Source: Myxococcota bacterium (lineage in GTDB: Bacteria; Myxococcota; UBA4151). From it: DNA of 22,861 nt. The position numbers were made by a program, and so were the translations under genes. Within the stretch, counting starts at the first letter, position 1, and every line of letters begins with the position of its first letter. This document shows, in pieces, positions 22,661 through 22,861 of the stretch. The notes under the pieces are model-generated. The model ran no database searches and was not told where the DNA came from. It saw only the letters and a list, made by a program, of their open reading frames with translations. The stretch is taken from the NCBI GenBank assembly GCA_040260805.1, contig JBDQPD010000053.1, positions 1 to 22,861 of the forward strand, in the 5' to 3' direction.

Positions 22661-22861
22661 GCGCTCGCCGGCACGGCAGGTGTTGTCCTGACAGTACGAG
22701 CCGGCGCCGCAATGCTGGTCTTCGGTGCAGTCGACGTCGACGCATTGCATCTCTCGGCAGACCTGCCGCTCTGCGCAGCTCAGATCACTAAAGCAGCGCT
22801 CATCGGCCACGCAGCGTCCGTCTTGGCACATCTGACCGAAGTCGCAGTCAAAGTCACTAGC
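21632..22861 (-). CDS. Secreted/surface protein with Cys-rich repeats and three tandem PPC-like (pre-peptidase C-terminal-type) domains; 5'-truncated by window edge
   Basis: Frame is open to 22861 (ASDFDCDFGQMCQDGRC...). C-x5-C-x5-C-x4-C repeats are followed by three modules of DDHGN/EDQG...D.D.FRF...DT.C.L....DDD.G...NC.I...L. Confidence 0.85.
   Translation of the reverse strand, partial: ASDFDCDFGQMCQDGRCVADERCFSDLSCAERQVCREMQCVDVDCTEDQHCGAGSYCQDNTCRAGEREDDHGNTFDTATNVEDNSQTMGVLNYDGDIDVFRFRSTVDGSYTVGTTGTTDTQCSLMTADGNNLATDDDSGELSNCQVSFNLVAGANFQVQVNGFLNRTGDYTLVITRPQGGNNGGGNGGNDDHGNDAGSATRITENSTTQGSIEVAQDNDYFRFVAGASANYFIYTTSQIDTHCTLYDNNGRQITLNDDGGEDRNCRISEALTRGETYVVMVRHYSAGGTGDYSLRVERGPEDQGADINTAQTVQLPAREAGELAQRDEDWFRFTTGAAGQYRMETDSMIDTRCKLLDARGNELDDNDDGGSLSNCRIDFELAAQTTYYFAVRGFTTLTTGAFTAVIGPL

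Overview
A gene-dense, GC-rich bacterial window with 19 protein-coding genes, two of them truncated by the window edges. No rRNA, tRNA, CRISPR array, IS element or phage gene was recognised. Several traits suggest a Myxococcota-like host (inference): a Hanks-type membrane kinase, six lipoproteins, Asp-Ala-Gly-rich linkers, and Cys-rich/PPC surface proteins. Left part: an aromatic-precursor cluster (class I/II aminotransferase, tkt, aroA, aroC, aroB) split by a reverse-oriented, full-length TrpC homologue. That homologue has lost most catalytic residues but appears to keep its own leaderless sigma70-type promoter overlapped by a palindrome. Middle: an FG-GAP/ASPIC-UnbV lipoprotein, an OYE flavin reductase, a Ser/Thr kinase coupled to a small His-rich lipoprotein, rhodanese, an acyltransferase, a beta-helix lipoprotein and a plant-FAAH-like amidase. 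Right part: a three-lipoprotein operon ending in a 724-aa multiheme cytochrome c (11 CxxCH plus 1 CxxxCH), then hemF and a convergent Cys-rich/PPC-repeat protein. The best candidates for undescribed biology are the TrpC pseudoenzyme locus and the all-lipoprotein multiheme cytochrome operon. All family calls come from motif recognition by eye; no searches were run.
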